DNA of 64,000 bases from a bacterium (GTDB taxonomy: Bacteria > CAYTYR01 > UBA6262), in assembly GCA_028712895.1 (NCBI GenBank), contig JAQTPL010000002.1, forward strand, positions 5,303 to 69,302, written 5' to 3'. The position numbers and the translations under genes were made by a program. How positions within the stretch are numbered: position 1 is the first letter of the stretch; every line of letters starts with the position of its first letter. The notes beneath the pieces are model-generated. The model was not told the origin of the DNA. It was given only the letters and a program-made list of their open reading frames with translations, and ran no database searches. Positions 41,690 to 51,907 of the stretch are shown piece by piece.

Positions 41690-42502
41690 CTAAAGCCATT
41701 CCTCAGATAGGATTTGTCCTTCAATGCCTACTACTATCTTTTTTACAGGAACTTTACGGGTTACTCCCTCCATTGCTTGTTGTACCAAACGCACCAATCC
41801 ATTACAGCATGGTACCTGCATGATCATGACTGTAAGCGTATTTATCTTTGCTTCCTCTATCCAGGACTTGATCTTAGCTACATACTCATCCTGGCTGCTA
41901 TCCAATTTCGGACAGGCAATAGCGAGTGACTTGTTCTTTAGATGATCAGCATGGAATCCGCCTAATGCATAAGCCACGCAATCCGCTACCAGTAATACAT
42001 CCGCTCCCTGGAAATAGGGAGCTGCCGGAGAGATGAGATGCATCTGAACAGGCCATTGCCTCAACTGGGAACCGATGTCCCCCTGGGCTCTTTCCGTAGC
42101 CTTTGTTTTTTTTCTCATATCCATCATTTTTGTGCCCGGGCAACCACACGGAATAGTATGTTTTATTCCTTTTTCTTTCATATAGCCAAACGCCTGTTTT
42201 AAATATTCCTGCTGGTTATGAGCCTTAAGGTGTTCTAAGTGAGCCTGAAGAACTTCCGGACCTTGCTTCACAATATTGGACATAACTTTTTTTTCTTCAT
42301 ATGGTTCAGCTTCCCGCTCTATAATAGTGATAGCGTCTTCCGGACAAGTCCCGATACAAGCGCCCAAACCGTCACAGAGCAAGTCTCCTACCAACCTGGC
42401 TTTACCTTTGATAATTTGTATCGCGCCTTCAGGACAGCCTGTGGCGCATAATCCGCAACCAGTGCATTTTTTTTCATTAATTGTTATAATTTGTCTTTTC
42501 AC
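41690..42502 (-). CDS. 4Fe-4S dicluster ferredoxin-domain protein with an uncharacterised C-terminal domain
   Basis: Two CxxCxxCxxxCP motifs at the N-terminus (CTGCGLCATGCP, CDGLGACIGTCP). Sits between the Rrf2 regulator and hcp. Confidence 0.7.
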   Translation of the reverse strand: MKRQIITINEKKCTGCGLCATGCPEGAIQIIKGKARLVGDLLCDGLGACIGTCPEDAITIIEREAEPYEEKKVMSNIVKQGPEVLQAHLEHLKAHNQQEYLKQAFGYMKEKGIKHTIPCGCPGTKMMDMRKKTKATERAQGDIGSQLRQWPVQMHLISPAAPYFQGADVLLVADCVAYALGGFHADHLKNKSLAIACPKLDSSQDEYVAKIKSWIEEAKINTLTVMIMQVPCCNGLVRLVQQAMEGVTRKVPVKKIVVGIEGQILSEEWL

Positions 42503-42511
42503 ACGATTCCC

Positions 42512-42913
42512 TTAATCTTTAATGAGATCAGCGATAGAAATCGCCGCTAACTCGTCAATTACTTTTTTTTCTATACCCCGAATCTTATGCCGTAGAGGGC
42601 AGGTCCCGATATCAGGGCATATTTTCTTTTTAAAGATGCAGCGGGTTTTAATAAAGTCTTTCTGGAATACTTCTACCAGGTCTTTCAGCTTGATCTTCTT
42701 CGGCGATTTGCGGAAACTAAATCCACCACCTTTGCCTTTAGCAGACTGCAGTATCCCTTTTTTGCTTAATACTTGCAATAGCCTGCGGGAAAATGCCCGC
42801 GGCATATGCAAATCATCCACCAGAACTTTAGCCGAACTTATCTGCTGCGGCGACTTGGCCATATGCACCAAGGCCCGTACTGCGTAATCTGTGTCACGAT
42901 TGATCAGCTTCAT
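42512..42913 (-). CDS. Rrf2-family transcriptional regulator (NsrR/IscR-like, Cys-containing)
   Basis: MKLINRDTDYAVRALVHMA...ISSAKV winged-helix N-terminus. C-terminal cysteines (CIFKKKICPDIGTC) suggest an Fe-S sensor. Start taken at the internal MKLINRD. Confidence 0.75.
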   Translation of the reverse strand: MKLINRDTDYAVRALVHMAKSPQQISSAKVLVDDLHMPRAFSRRLLQVLSKKGILQSAKGKGGGFSFRKSPKKIKLKDLVEVFQKDFIKTRCIFKKKICPDIGTCPLRHKIRGIEKKVIDELAAISIADLIKD

Positions 42914-42966
42914 AACATAATGATACCAATATAGTATCATTTTGTCAAGAAAAAAAATAATTTATT

Positions 42967-45255
42967 TTAAATGCTCTTTTTTGGCAAAGCTAAAATAACG
43001 CATGTTCCTTTTCCCACTTTGCTTTCGATAGAGACCGTCCCGCCGTGAAAGGTCATTATCTGCCGGCAGACTGCCAGCCCCAGACCTGTGCCTTTGGCCT
43101 TAGTGGTAAAGAACGGGTCAAATACCCTTTCCAAGTGCTCCTTGTCTATACCTATGCCGTTATCACAGATACTGATCCGGACAAGATTCGCATGTTTTTC
43201 CGCAGATACTTCGATCCGCCCTTCGCCATCAGTGACCGCGTCTACCGAGTTATTCAGGATATTGGTGATCACTTCCCTGATCTGCAGAGGATCGATATCG
43301 ATTATTAACTTCGCTACCGGCCCTGTATAAACTTTGATCGAGATCTTTTTATGGCCGTGCGCCAACGCCACTTCCACGCACTCCTTGATCAGGTTTTCTA
43401 TGTTGGCCGGTTCATAATTAGGAGGCCGCAAGCGGGAATAAAACAGCAGGTTGTTGATGATCTGGTCGCTTTCTATTACTTTTTTCTGGATATTATTCAG
43501 GCTCTTTTCGATATCCGGGTTTTGCGCTTTGCGCCGGACATTGGAAACAGCGATATTGATGGCTGCCAGCGGATTACGCAACTCATGGGCCACCGTCGAA
43601 GCCAGGGTGCCGATATCTGAAAGACGTTTGGCCCGCTCCATTTCTATCTGGGTTTCTATTAATTCCCTGGTTCTGTCTTTTATCAGCTTTTCCAGGGTGG
43701 CCTTATCCCTCGTTAAGATCTCCTCTGCTTTTTTCCGGTCGGTAATGTCATGTACCATCCCGACCGAACGGATGATCCGGCCAGCCTTATCCCGGTAATG
43801 TTCGCATTTTTCGTGAACGAAACTAATCTTGCTGGTCAACCTCTTCACTACCCGGTGCTCGATCTCATAACCCCTGAGCCCTTCCTTCACCGAATTAGAA
43901 TAGGCTTTATTGACCATTTCCCTGTCCTCGGGGTGTACCGCTTCCAGGAAAGCATCATAGGTCGCCCCGAATTCCTGCGGTTTCAGGCCAAATATGCGGT
44001 AGACTTCATCCGACCAGGACAAGCGGTTGTTTTCCAAGTCCAGCTCCCAACTGCCGATATGGGCGATCTCCTGCGCCTTTTTCAATGTTTCTTCGCTGGC
44101 ACGCAAATCTTCTTCAGTTTCTCGCCTGTGTTCTGTTTCCGCCACAAGCTCTTCATTGGTCGAAGCCAGCTCCTCATTGGTGGCAGAGAGCTCTTCGTTG
44201 CTGGAGATCAATTCTTCATTCAGCGACTTCAACTCTTTTTCATTCTCCATACGCTCGGTAATATCATTGAAGGTTACGGCAAAATAGCCCCTTTGCGCGC
44301 TAAAAGCGGAGACCATATAATATTTCCCTATTCCCTCTGAATAACTCTCAAAACGTATCGGTTTCCCGGTCAGCGCGACTTTTCCGTATTGACCGATCCA
44401 GTCAGTCGGGTCTTTCTCTATGCCAGGCAGGACTTCGGTGACCCTCCGGCCGATAATATCTTTTCCTTTCAACCCGGTAAGTTTTTCAAAAGCCTCGTTC
44501 ACTTCCAGAAAGATATAGTCAAAAGGCTGCCCTTTCTCATTCAGCATTATCCGGTGAAAGGCAAATCCCTCCGACATATTAGAGAAAAGGGCATGCAGCT
44601 TATCCTCGGTCCTTTTCAAGGCATCTTTGGTTACCTGCGCCTCAGAACTCTCGATCACTTCCCATTTGCCGGCGTTGCGCACGAGGGCGAACCTGTGCTT
44701 CTTGACCACATCCATGAGATCGATCGCACTAAACTTATCCCGGGGATACGCAAAAGCCGCGACCATATTATGCCTGCTTATTTCCTCTATCCCGATGCAA
44801 GCAAAACCTTTGCCGCCTTTCTTGGGGACAGCGCTGCTGGCCAATCGCAGCCCGTCAAATCCCAGGGAAATCGCTTTGTCCAAGCCGGCAATCACCGCCT
44901 GTCCTGACCTGCCGCCATTAGCGTTCCATTGGCGGTCGGGAATTATCTCTATCTGTTTTCTATCCAGGAATTTATTAAAACCAGGAATGGCTTTTTTTAA
45001 AGCCTTTTTAGCAGTGTCAATACTTAACGGCGAAGAGATTACCCAAACGCAGTATTCATTGTGCTGCAGGCCGGCTTTGAAATAAGGAATAAAAATATCC
45101 AGCAAGTCTTTTTGCGTTTCATAGAACTGGCAGAAATGACTGCCCCATTGCAAATTATCCACTAAAGGGAAGCCTAATTTTCGTTTATCAGAGTGAACAT
45201 ACATATTGCCTCTTTTTAATGGCCACCGCAACCAGGCATAGTGACTATCTGCCAT
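42967..45255 (-). CDS. Sensor histidine kinase: N-terminal MEDS domain, PAS domains, coiled coil with NEEL heptad repeats, HisKA, HATPase_c
   Basis: The N-terminus (WGSHFCQFYETQKDLLDIFIPYFKAGLQHNEYCVWV) is paralogous to the adjacent stand-alone MEDS protein. H-box AHELRNPL and G-box GTGLGLAVC. The start is uncertain because the listed ORF overlaps the upstream gene by 40 nt; an alternative ATG lies at 45204. Confidence 0.8.
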   Translation of the reverse strand: MADSHYAWLRWPLKRGNMYVHSDKRKLGFPLVDNLQWGSHFCQFYETQKDLLDIFIPYFKAGLQHNEYCVWVISSPLSIDTAKKALKKAIPGFNKFLDRKQIEIIPDRQWNANGGRSGQAVIAGLDKAISLGFDGLRLASSAVPKKGGKGFACIGIEEISRHNMVAAFAYPRDKFSAIDLMDVVKKHRFALVRNAGKWEVIESSEAQVTKDALKRTEDKLHALFSNMSEGFAFHRIMLNEKGQPFDYIFLEVNEAFEKLTGLKGKDIIGRRVTEVLPGIEKDPTDWIGQYGKVALTGKPIRFESYSEGIGKYYMVSAFSAQRGYFAVTFNDITERMENEKELKSLNEELISSNEELSATNEELASTNEELVAETEHRRETEEDLRASEETLKKAQEIAHIGSWELDLENNRLSWSDEVYRIFGLKPQEFGATYDAFLEAVHPEDREMVNKAYSNSVKEGLRGYEIEHRVVKRLTSKISFVHEKCEHYRDKAGRIIRSVGMVHDITDRKKAEEILTRDKATLEKLIKDRTRELIETQIEMERAKRLSDIGTLASTVAHELRNPLAAINIAVSNVRRKAQNPDIEKSLNNIQKKVIESDQIINNLLFYSRLRPPNYEPANIENLIKECVEVALAHGHKKISIKVYTGPVAKLIIDIDPLQIREVITNILNNSVDAVTDGEGRIEVSAEKHANLVRISICDNGIGIDKEHLERVFDPFFTTKAKGTGLGLAVCRQIMTFHGGTVSIESKVGKGTCVILALPKKSI

Positions 45256-45827
45256 TTACCCTGGCTCATGGCCAACGCGAACTCATGGTTCTTGACCACA
45301 TCCATGATCTCCGGTACACCGCATTTTTTCAGCGAGTAAGTGCACAGCACCAGTAGTTTCGTGCCGCCGATCACTTTATTGATCTCCGCCTCATAGGCGG
45401 CAAAATCATCCCAATCCTTTTTATTATCGATCCAGTAGGGATTGCCGCTCACTCGCAGTCCGGCATAGCCGCTGACTAAAGCCTGGTTATGCTTTTCCAT
45501 CCACATATCCAGGGTACGTTTAAGATCGAAATTCCCGCCGATCAGGTACCAATCTGTGTAAGGAAAAATTTCCATTTGTCCTTTATCCAGGTATTGGGAG
45601 AAATTGGGGATGGCTTTTTTGAGGGCCTTAATGGCTTCTTCTTTGGTCAGGAAATCTGAGGTTACCCAAACACAGGATTCGTTGTTTTCCAGGCCGGCCT
45701 GGAAATAAGGGATGAGAACGTCAAGCAGGTCTTTCTGAGTGGTATAGAACTGGCAAAAATGACTGCCCCAGGGCATGTCGCCGATCAAAGCGATCCCTGA
45801 TTTTCTTTTCGCCTCTGCTGTTGCCAT
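45216..45827 (-). CDS. Stand-alone MEDS-domain protein
   Basis: 203 aa: MPWGSHFCQFYTTQKDLLDVLIPYFQAGLENNESCVWVTS... matches the MEDS (DcmR-like sensory) domain and is a paralog of the kinase N-terminus. Confidence 0.65.
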   Translation of the reverse strand: MATAEAKRKSGIALIGDMPWGSHFCQFYTTQKDLLDVLIPYFQAGLENNESCVWVTSDFLTKEEAIKALKKAIPNFSQYLDKGQMEIFPYTDWYLIGGNFDLKRTLDMWMEKHNQALVSGYAGLRVSGNPYWIDNKKDWDDFAAYEAEINKVIGGTKLLVLCTYSLKKCGVPEIMDVVKNHEFALAMSQGKWQIVTMPGCGGH

Positions 45828-46101
45828 TTTATCCTCCTCGATCTTAAAATGTTCAACGCAAATTATTGGGGTCCCAGTCTGGGTTAAAGATAGAACTTTT
45901 AGGATAAAAGCTTCCCTACCGCTTTGAATCTATCAAATAGCCTTAAAGCGTCCCCTCAAAAGATTGCTTAATCAAAGCAAAAACATCCTTAATATCTGTA
46001 ATTCGAAAGCACAAATTGGTTAAAAGCAATATTTTAACTCTTTCGGCATATCTATAATTATACCTAATTAAAGAACTTCAAAATGATTCTTTATAGCTTA
46101 C

Positions 46102-47064
46102 TCAAAATAGAGACAAATAATTCACCGTGCTTTTTTCTGCATTTAAAATATGCTTAATATCTTTTTTTAGCTTTTCTTCCCAATTATTATCCCCCTTAAT
46201 AATAAAATATTGCCCTCCCAAATCCGAAAGACCCTTGATATCTCCTTCGTAACTATTTAGTAAATGTATTGTTGGTATATTATGTGAATGAGCAATCCCA
46301 GTTTCATACGCAACATTAGGACGTAATTCACCTTCACTAAAATCAGAAATCACAAAATCTACATCAATAATTTTATTCATAATAGATTGCATTAAGCCGG
46401 GGTAAGTCACAATGGAAGTTGAATCTATTATTTCATTTATTTTGATACCATTAGCATCTAATATCTTTTTTATATCGTTAATTCTCGATTGGGAATCTAA
46501 ATCTATTCTATGCAAAACAAAACAACTTAATCCTAAATCTTCCTCTTCTAATATTTCTAATTCTCCATCAGTAAAATCATAGGCATATAAGCCATAATTA
46601 CCCCTTAATAAAGCATTTCTTAAAAGCATATTTTCAAAGATTATTTCACCATCGCATTTTAATTCTTTTATTTTATTCGACTTAAATACAATTTCAAATT
46701 TATAACCTTTTCCAGCTTGAATACGATCCGATAAACCTATGGAGCTTACGCTATAAATATATTTATTTTTAACCTCAAAAAAACTAACATAACTCTTCCA
46801 TCCACCAAGGCCTATACCATAACAATCACCCCCAGGATTTTTTCTTATAGTCATCGCAATATGCGAGCCTTTTGGATCTGAATCATTAATCTTAATTCTA
46901 AATATTATTTTTAAATTTCGGGCTAACTTATCTCTATGTGGCCCATCCAGTAAATCAGAGAAATGGAATCCATCTCCTTCTTTACGTTCCTTTGCTTTAT
47001 AACCTTTATCAACTTTATGGATAAATATATTATCTGAGCTTGTCCAATAATTACTCACAAGCAT
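46102..47064 (-). CDS. Two-domain protein: unknown N-terminal domain plus a C-terminal nucleoside-2-deoxyribosyltransferase-like / TIR-like (SLOG-type) domain
   Basis: The C-terminal segment VDFVISDFSEGELRPNVAYETGIAHSHNIPTIHLL matches the A-D-x-x-I-A-D-(5-8)-R-P-N-V-x-Y-E-x-G-x-A-x-x-x-x-K-P-x-I-x-L hallmark of NDT-like/TIR-like flavodoxin-fold domains. The N-terminal 190 aa is beta-rich and unassigned. Confidence 0.5.
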   Translation of the reverse strand: MLVSNYWTSSDNIFIHKVDKGYKAKERKEGDGFHFSDLLDGPHRDKLARNLKIIFRIKINDSDPKGSHIAMTIRKNPGGDCYGIGLGGWKSYVSFFEVKNKYIYSVSSIGLSDRIQAGKGYKFEIVFKSNKIKELKCDGEIIFENMLLRNALLRGNYGLYAYDFTDGELEILEEEDLGLSCFVLHRIDLDSQSRINDIKKILDANGIKINEIIDSTSIVTYPGLMQSIMNKIIDVDFVISDFSEGELRPNVAYETGIAHSHNIPTIHLLNSYEGDIKGLSDLGGQYFIIKGDNNWEEKLKKDIKHILNAEKSTVNYLSLF

Positions 47065-47106
47065 CTCCTTGAATTCTAATTTTAATACTTGCTCAATTTT
47101 TTTATA

Positions 47107-49743
47107 TCACACTTCTAATTTTTCCTTAAACTTATCTGTAAACTCCTGTTTCTTCAAAACCTCGTTATAAAAAGGCAAGCCTACGAGCTTGTATCTATCA
47201 GATTCAAATAAATCAATAATCTCGAAATGGATTTCTATTTCCTTAAGAAAAATTTCTTTCCATTGATCATGTACGATATAAGGCTGGCCTTTTGCCTCAA
47301 CGAATAACTGAAAGGACAATGCTTTCTTTGTGTCTTTTTCGGTTAGGAATAAAACAAAATCCGGCTCAATAGCCTTCCCATCAGAGAACCGGTATATTTT
47401 GAATATTCGCTCATTCCGTAGAAGATAAATATCCGTGTATTTCTTTTTAAGCTCATCCACTGCCTGCCGGACAAACTGAATAAAATACTTCTCCTCAGAA
47501 GTGCCATAATTCTCATCATACATATACCAGTCGTAATCTTTAAGGTGCAACCGTAAGTCGTCTTTTGTCGTTTCGCTCATGGCGATACCAAACTCTTTAT
47601 CATCGCCACCGATTAAAACATCACCTGTCTTTGATGGCTCAACTATCTTGCAAATGTTATAGCCCTTAAATTCTTTTGTCCCAATATATTCTGTTGTGCT
47701 TAACTCAATCTTAGTTGCTAATTCCTTAAAAACATCCAAAGCGACTTCATACTTATCGTGATTGCTGAGATTATCAATCTGGTCTTTTAAGCCATAAATC
47801 TCAATATCAACTTCGCCAAGATAATCATCTGAAGTTAAAAACTCATCCACTGATTTTAAAGAAGGGAAAAACTGCTTTAGATTAACAAACCGATAAAATT
47901 CAACCTTATCCAGAGCTTTTCTGTTTATATGCTTCTCAATCCGGTTAAACTTAATCGTCCGTTTATCTAAATCTTGATCCTGCCCGCCGTTTGCCTTTGC
48001 CTCATCAAAAACGCCTATTTCAGTCGTTTTACCGATTCTGAGCTTGTGCTTAAAAATAGTCTCCGAAATAAGATCTCGCATTCGCTTAACTTTTTCCAAG
48101 CTGTTTCTCTTCTGTTCGTTTACGAAAAGAAGCCCATTCTTCCAAAACCTTGTTTATTTAATACTGTCTTTGACAGAAACAGTTATTTGTCTCCGTCTGT
48201 CATCCGGGGGAGTAATGCCACTTTTGACTAACTCTGCTTTTATTTCAGCAATATAGCGGGAATCGTTAAGGCTATGATAATGAAGCTCCTCTAAAACTCT
48301 TAATTCACTGTTTATATCCTCATCATATTTGCGTTTAAACCTGTCTTGACCTTCCTCAATGACAAAAGGATAATACCTCGCACCACGCCCAATAAGCTGT
48401 GCCTCTGATACGGTAGTTTTCCCGGCTTTACCGTGCTTTGTATCTCGTGTTTCGTAAAGCCTTACAATATCATAAAGATTAAGGACATCCCACCCCTCAT
48501 TGAGCATATTTACAGTAAAAATAACCCGGGCTTCATTATGCTCAGCCTCAAGGGTGTTTACCTTAATCTGTTTTTCTTCACTGTCCGCCTTTGAATTAAC
48601 CGCAATACACTTTTCCTCTGAGAAATCGGCTTTAATTTCCCGGACTAAATTATCATAGGTTATGCTGTTATCCTTAAAGAAGGTAAACGCCTTTGTAATG
48701 ATACCATTTGAATTACTTCGCTCAACCTTCTTAATATCGCTTACCTTGAGCCGTTTAATCATCTCTTTAAAATCTTTCTCGGCTTCTTCTGACTGATGAA
48801 TAGTCTTTTGAGCTTTGATCAAGATGACAGGTTTAAGCTGGATTTTATTTTTTTCGGCAACTTTACGCCTATACTGGCTCAATATAACTGCCTGCAAAAC
48901 CCTTTCCATAAGGGCAAGGTCGGACTGTATGATCTGAACATCTTTGGAAAACTTATCTTCCCGAAATTCCTTGAGCGTGTATTGATAAATGATCTTATCT
49001 TCATACTTTGCTCGGATAGCCCGATCCTCAAGGTCAATTGTTGCCGTGTATTCCAGCATGATATTTCTGCTATCACTCTGAAACGTCTTATTGATGGTAT
49101 TTTCCCAGCTTGTGCTTTCTTCAAGTTCTTCTTTGGACATCTTCGCAATGTTTTTAGTCAAAGCGTTTATATGATGCGCTTCGTCTGAGAGAAAAACTAT
49201 TTTCCTATTCTTGAAATCTTCCAACGTGATCGCATTCTCCTGCGGAGTCCATATTCTGGAATGAAGCCCTTGAATAGTCGTGAACAGGATATTGATATTG
49301 TCCTTACTAACACCTTCAAAGTTATCAACCTCTTGAATATGCACCTCTTTGTCATTAAAGACAACCTTTTCCGAAAAGAGATACTTAGGAGAGGCTTTAT
49401 CAAGAAAGTTTGCTTTTGTCTTTTCTATAATGGTCGTGCTGTTAACAAAGAATATGAAATTCCGGTATCCTAACTTGTAAAGGTAAAGGATATTCGACGC
49501 CATCAGAAATGTTTTCCCGCTTCCGGTCGCCATATTAAAAAGCAGGTGAGTGGGAAGCGTCTTATCTGGGTAATCGGTCAAATAGTAAAGAAGCCGGGCA
49601 ATAGCTTCTTGTTGATATTCTCTGATCGAAAATCGTTGGTTAAGATTTTTAACAATATAGCCTGGTAGAGCTTTATATTGTTTGAGAAACCCTAACTGCG
49701 ATACCGAATTTAATTTTTCAACTAATGTCTGACCGTTTGTCAT
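47107..49743 (-). pseudogene. res: Type III restriction endonuclease Res subunit interrupted by one in-frame TAA (48154-48156)
   Basis: The upstream ORF 48154-49743 carries the helicase motifs (ATGSGKTF, SDEAHH). The downstream ORF 47107-48099 carries a PD-(D/E)xK-like motif (EPDFVLFL ... FVEAKG). Both ORFs are in the same frame. Only 18 sense codons and one TAA separate them, giving 879 codons in total, which is typical full-length Res. Confidence 0.75.
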
Positions 49744-49745
49744 AT

Positions 49746-51761
49746 TTACACAACCGTTTTATAAAATTCTTTATTGAGCTTTCTATCGTCCGCATTAACC
49801 TTGTAAGTGGCGTCATCTATCTCGCTCAAATTAACATAGAGATGATTTTTGTCGAGGCACTCGAACAAGACCTGCTTCTGCTCCTTGAGAGTTAATTTCT
49901 CAAATTCTTTTTCCTCAAAATTAGAAAGGTCAACATTATAACAAAAGAAGGCTTCCTTTTTCATCCTATCGTAGATATTTAAGAGCTTGCGAGTGGTGTC
50001 GGCTTCTTTTATTTCTGTCATGTATTGTTCGTTCCATTCTTTAAGCTCGGCATAGACAAAAGAACCGCCACCTTTCCAGTTAATAATCTTTGATACCCCA
50101 GTATCATCCCCCTTAATGACGTTATTTAGCCTAATAATAGAGTCATTTTCTTCATAATCCAACTGTTCTATGCCTATATACCTACGACCCATTTTATGCG
50201 CAACGGCACAAGTCGTTCCGCTTCCCAAGTGATAATCCAAAACTAAATCATCATTATTCGTCATAAGTTCTATGATCCTTTGAAGCAACCTTTCAGGTTT
50301 TTTACCGCTTTTAAATTTAACTCCACCTTCAATATCTAATCTACCCCAAGAAATATCTGTCCACATAGAACCTATTTCTTCTAATTTACTTACCTCATTA
50401 TTATTAGAAACTGCACTATCTGAAAACCAAACAACCAATGTTTTATTCCAAACATACTTAATGACGCTTTTATTTTTATTTCTCCCAGTTTTAGGAACAT
50501 ATTCGTAAGAAATTAGTTTATCCTTTTCGGGAACAATATTATTAATCTTAGTCAAGATAGATGTTTGTGCATTTGTCACCATGAATATTTTATTGAAGTA
50601 TTTCAAATATGCCTCATTATATGATAATCTGTGCTTTTTCATAACGTTGCTTACAGTATCAAATTTGAAATCACAATGTTTATATACTTTAATATTATCA
50701 ACCTCTTTAATTAATTTTTTAGAACCTATGTCCGTTAAAATTCTGGTATAATAAAAACCAATGTCATCCTGTTTGTGTTCTTCAATATGTTTTTCTATCG
50801 GAATTGAATTATACATGGGCTTGTATTCAAAATATGCCTTATCCTTACAGTAAAATAATATAAATTCATTATTTTTTTTCATTTTTAAATCCTCACCTCC
50901 GCCACTTGCACCGGAACTAACCTTAGACTTCACGGAAATTGTGTTAATAAAATTATTTCTTCCAAAAATTTCATCCATTAATACTTTTAAATAAGACTGC
51001 TCATTATCATCGCACTGAACAAAAATAGAGCCGTCTTCTTTTAATAACTCTCTTGCTATTTCGAGCCTATTTTTCATAAATACAAGCCAAGCAGAATGAT
51101 TAAATCTATCGTTATATTTAAAATCATCGTTTCCTGTATTATACGGGGGATCAATGTAAACAAGTTTTACTTGTCCTCTGAATTTCTGCTTCAAGCAGTG
51201 CAAGGCGAGAAGATTATTCCCTTTGATAATCAAGTTATCATTAGCGCTAAGCTCCGTGACTTTGTGCTTGCCCTTGCTATCATATTTCTTGAAATTCGTT
51301 AAGACTTTCGGCTCAATTAACCTATCTATTTCATCCGGAGAGAGCGTTTCATTGTAAAATATCTCATCCCGCTTTTGATCTTCCTTCTCCTGGCCACCTT
51401 CAAGCACACAATCCTTATATGCCCACGCCAAAACAACGTCGTCTCTTTCTTTCAAATAGTCACCGTTTGACATTAGACCGATCTTATTTTCAAAGCTGGT
51501 AAACGAGCCCGGGAGAAACTCTTTGTCATTAACAAATGCGATGAATTTATCCTTGTCAAAAACAAGAACCTTTTCTTTTTTAACGATCTTTTCAATGAAG
51601 AAATGCTCTTTTGCCTTATTATCAGAAAGAAGCAGTTCAATAAGAGGATGGTCGAGCTTGAGAGCCAATTCAGTGAGTTTATTTTTAAGCAGTTTTCCAT
51701 CAGCGAAGATGCGTTCGTCTTTCTGGAATAATTTCGTCAAATCAGTCATCAGATTTTGCAT
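49746..51761 (-). CDS. mod: Type III R-M DNA methyltransferase Mod subunit (N6-adenine, DPPY motif)
   Basis: VKLVYIDPPYNTGNDDFKYNDRF (motif IV DPPY) and a later FGGSGTT-like AdoMet motif (GSGTTCAVAHKMGRRYIGIE). The ATGA overlap with res gives the canonical mod-then-res order. Confidence 0.88.
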   Translation of the reverse strand: MQNLMTDLTKLFQKDERIFADGKLLKNKLTELALKLDHPLIELLLSDNKAKEHFFIEKIVKKEKVLVFDKDKFIAFVNDKEFLPGSFTSFENKIGLMSNGDYLKERDDVVLAWAYKDCVLEGGQEKEDQKRDEIFYNETLSPDEIDRLIEPKVLTNFKKYDSKGKHKVTELSANDNLIIKGNNLLALHCLKQKFRGQVKLVYIDPPYNTGNDDFKYNDRFNHSAWLVFMKNRLEIARELLKEDGSIFVQCDDNEQSYLKVLMDEIFGRNNFINTISVKSKVSSGASGGGEDLKMKKNNEFILFYCKDKAYFEYKPMYNSIPIEKHIEEHKQDDIGFYYTRILTDIGSKKLIKEVDNIKVYKHCDFKFDTVSNVMKKHRLSYNEAYLKYFNKIFMVTNAQTSILTKINNIVPEKDKLISYEYVPKTGRNKNKSVIKYVWNKTLVVWFSDSAVSNNNEVSKLEEIGSMWTDISWGRLDIEGGVKFKSGKKPERLLQRIIELMTNNDDLVLDYHLGSGTTCAVAHKMGRRYIGIEQLDYEENDSIIRLNNVIKGDDTGVSKIINWKGGGSFVYAELKEWNEQYMTEIKEADTTRKLLNIYDRMKKEAFFCYNVDLSNFEEKEFEKLTLKEQKQVLFECLDKNHLYVNLSEIDDATYKVNADDRKLNKEFYKTVV

Positions 51762-51907
51762 ATTATACCTTATCCTTTAAAGATTATCCAACTGTAATTA
51801 TTAAGCTCTATTGTGGCTTATTTTACAATAAAGAAATGTCAAAGGCAAGCTATTTCCCATTGAAACCTGAAGACATACAAAAATAATTGGAAAAACAAAG
51901 CCAATTA

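Noticed and set aside
45830-46101. Direct repeat of the tRNA-His 3' end at the left edge of the AT-rich element (attL)
   Set aside because: No convincing copy was found by eye. The left boundary of the element is therefore approximate. Serine recombinases need only a 2 nt crossover.
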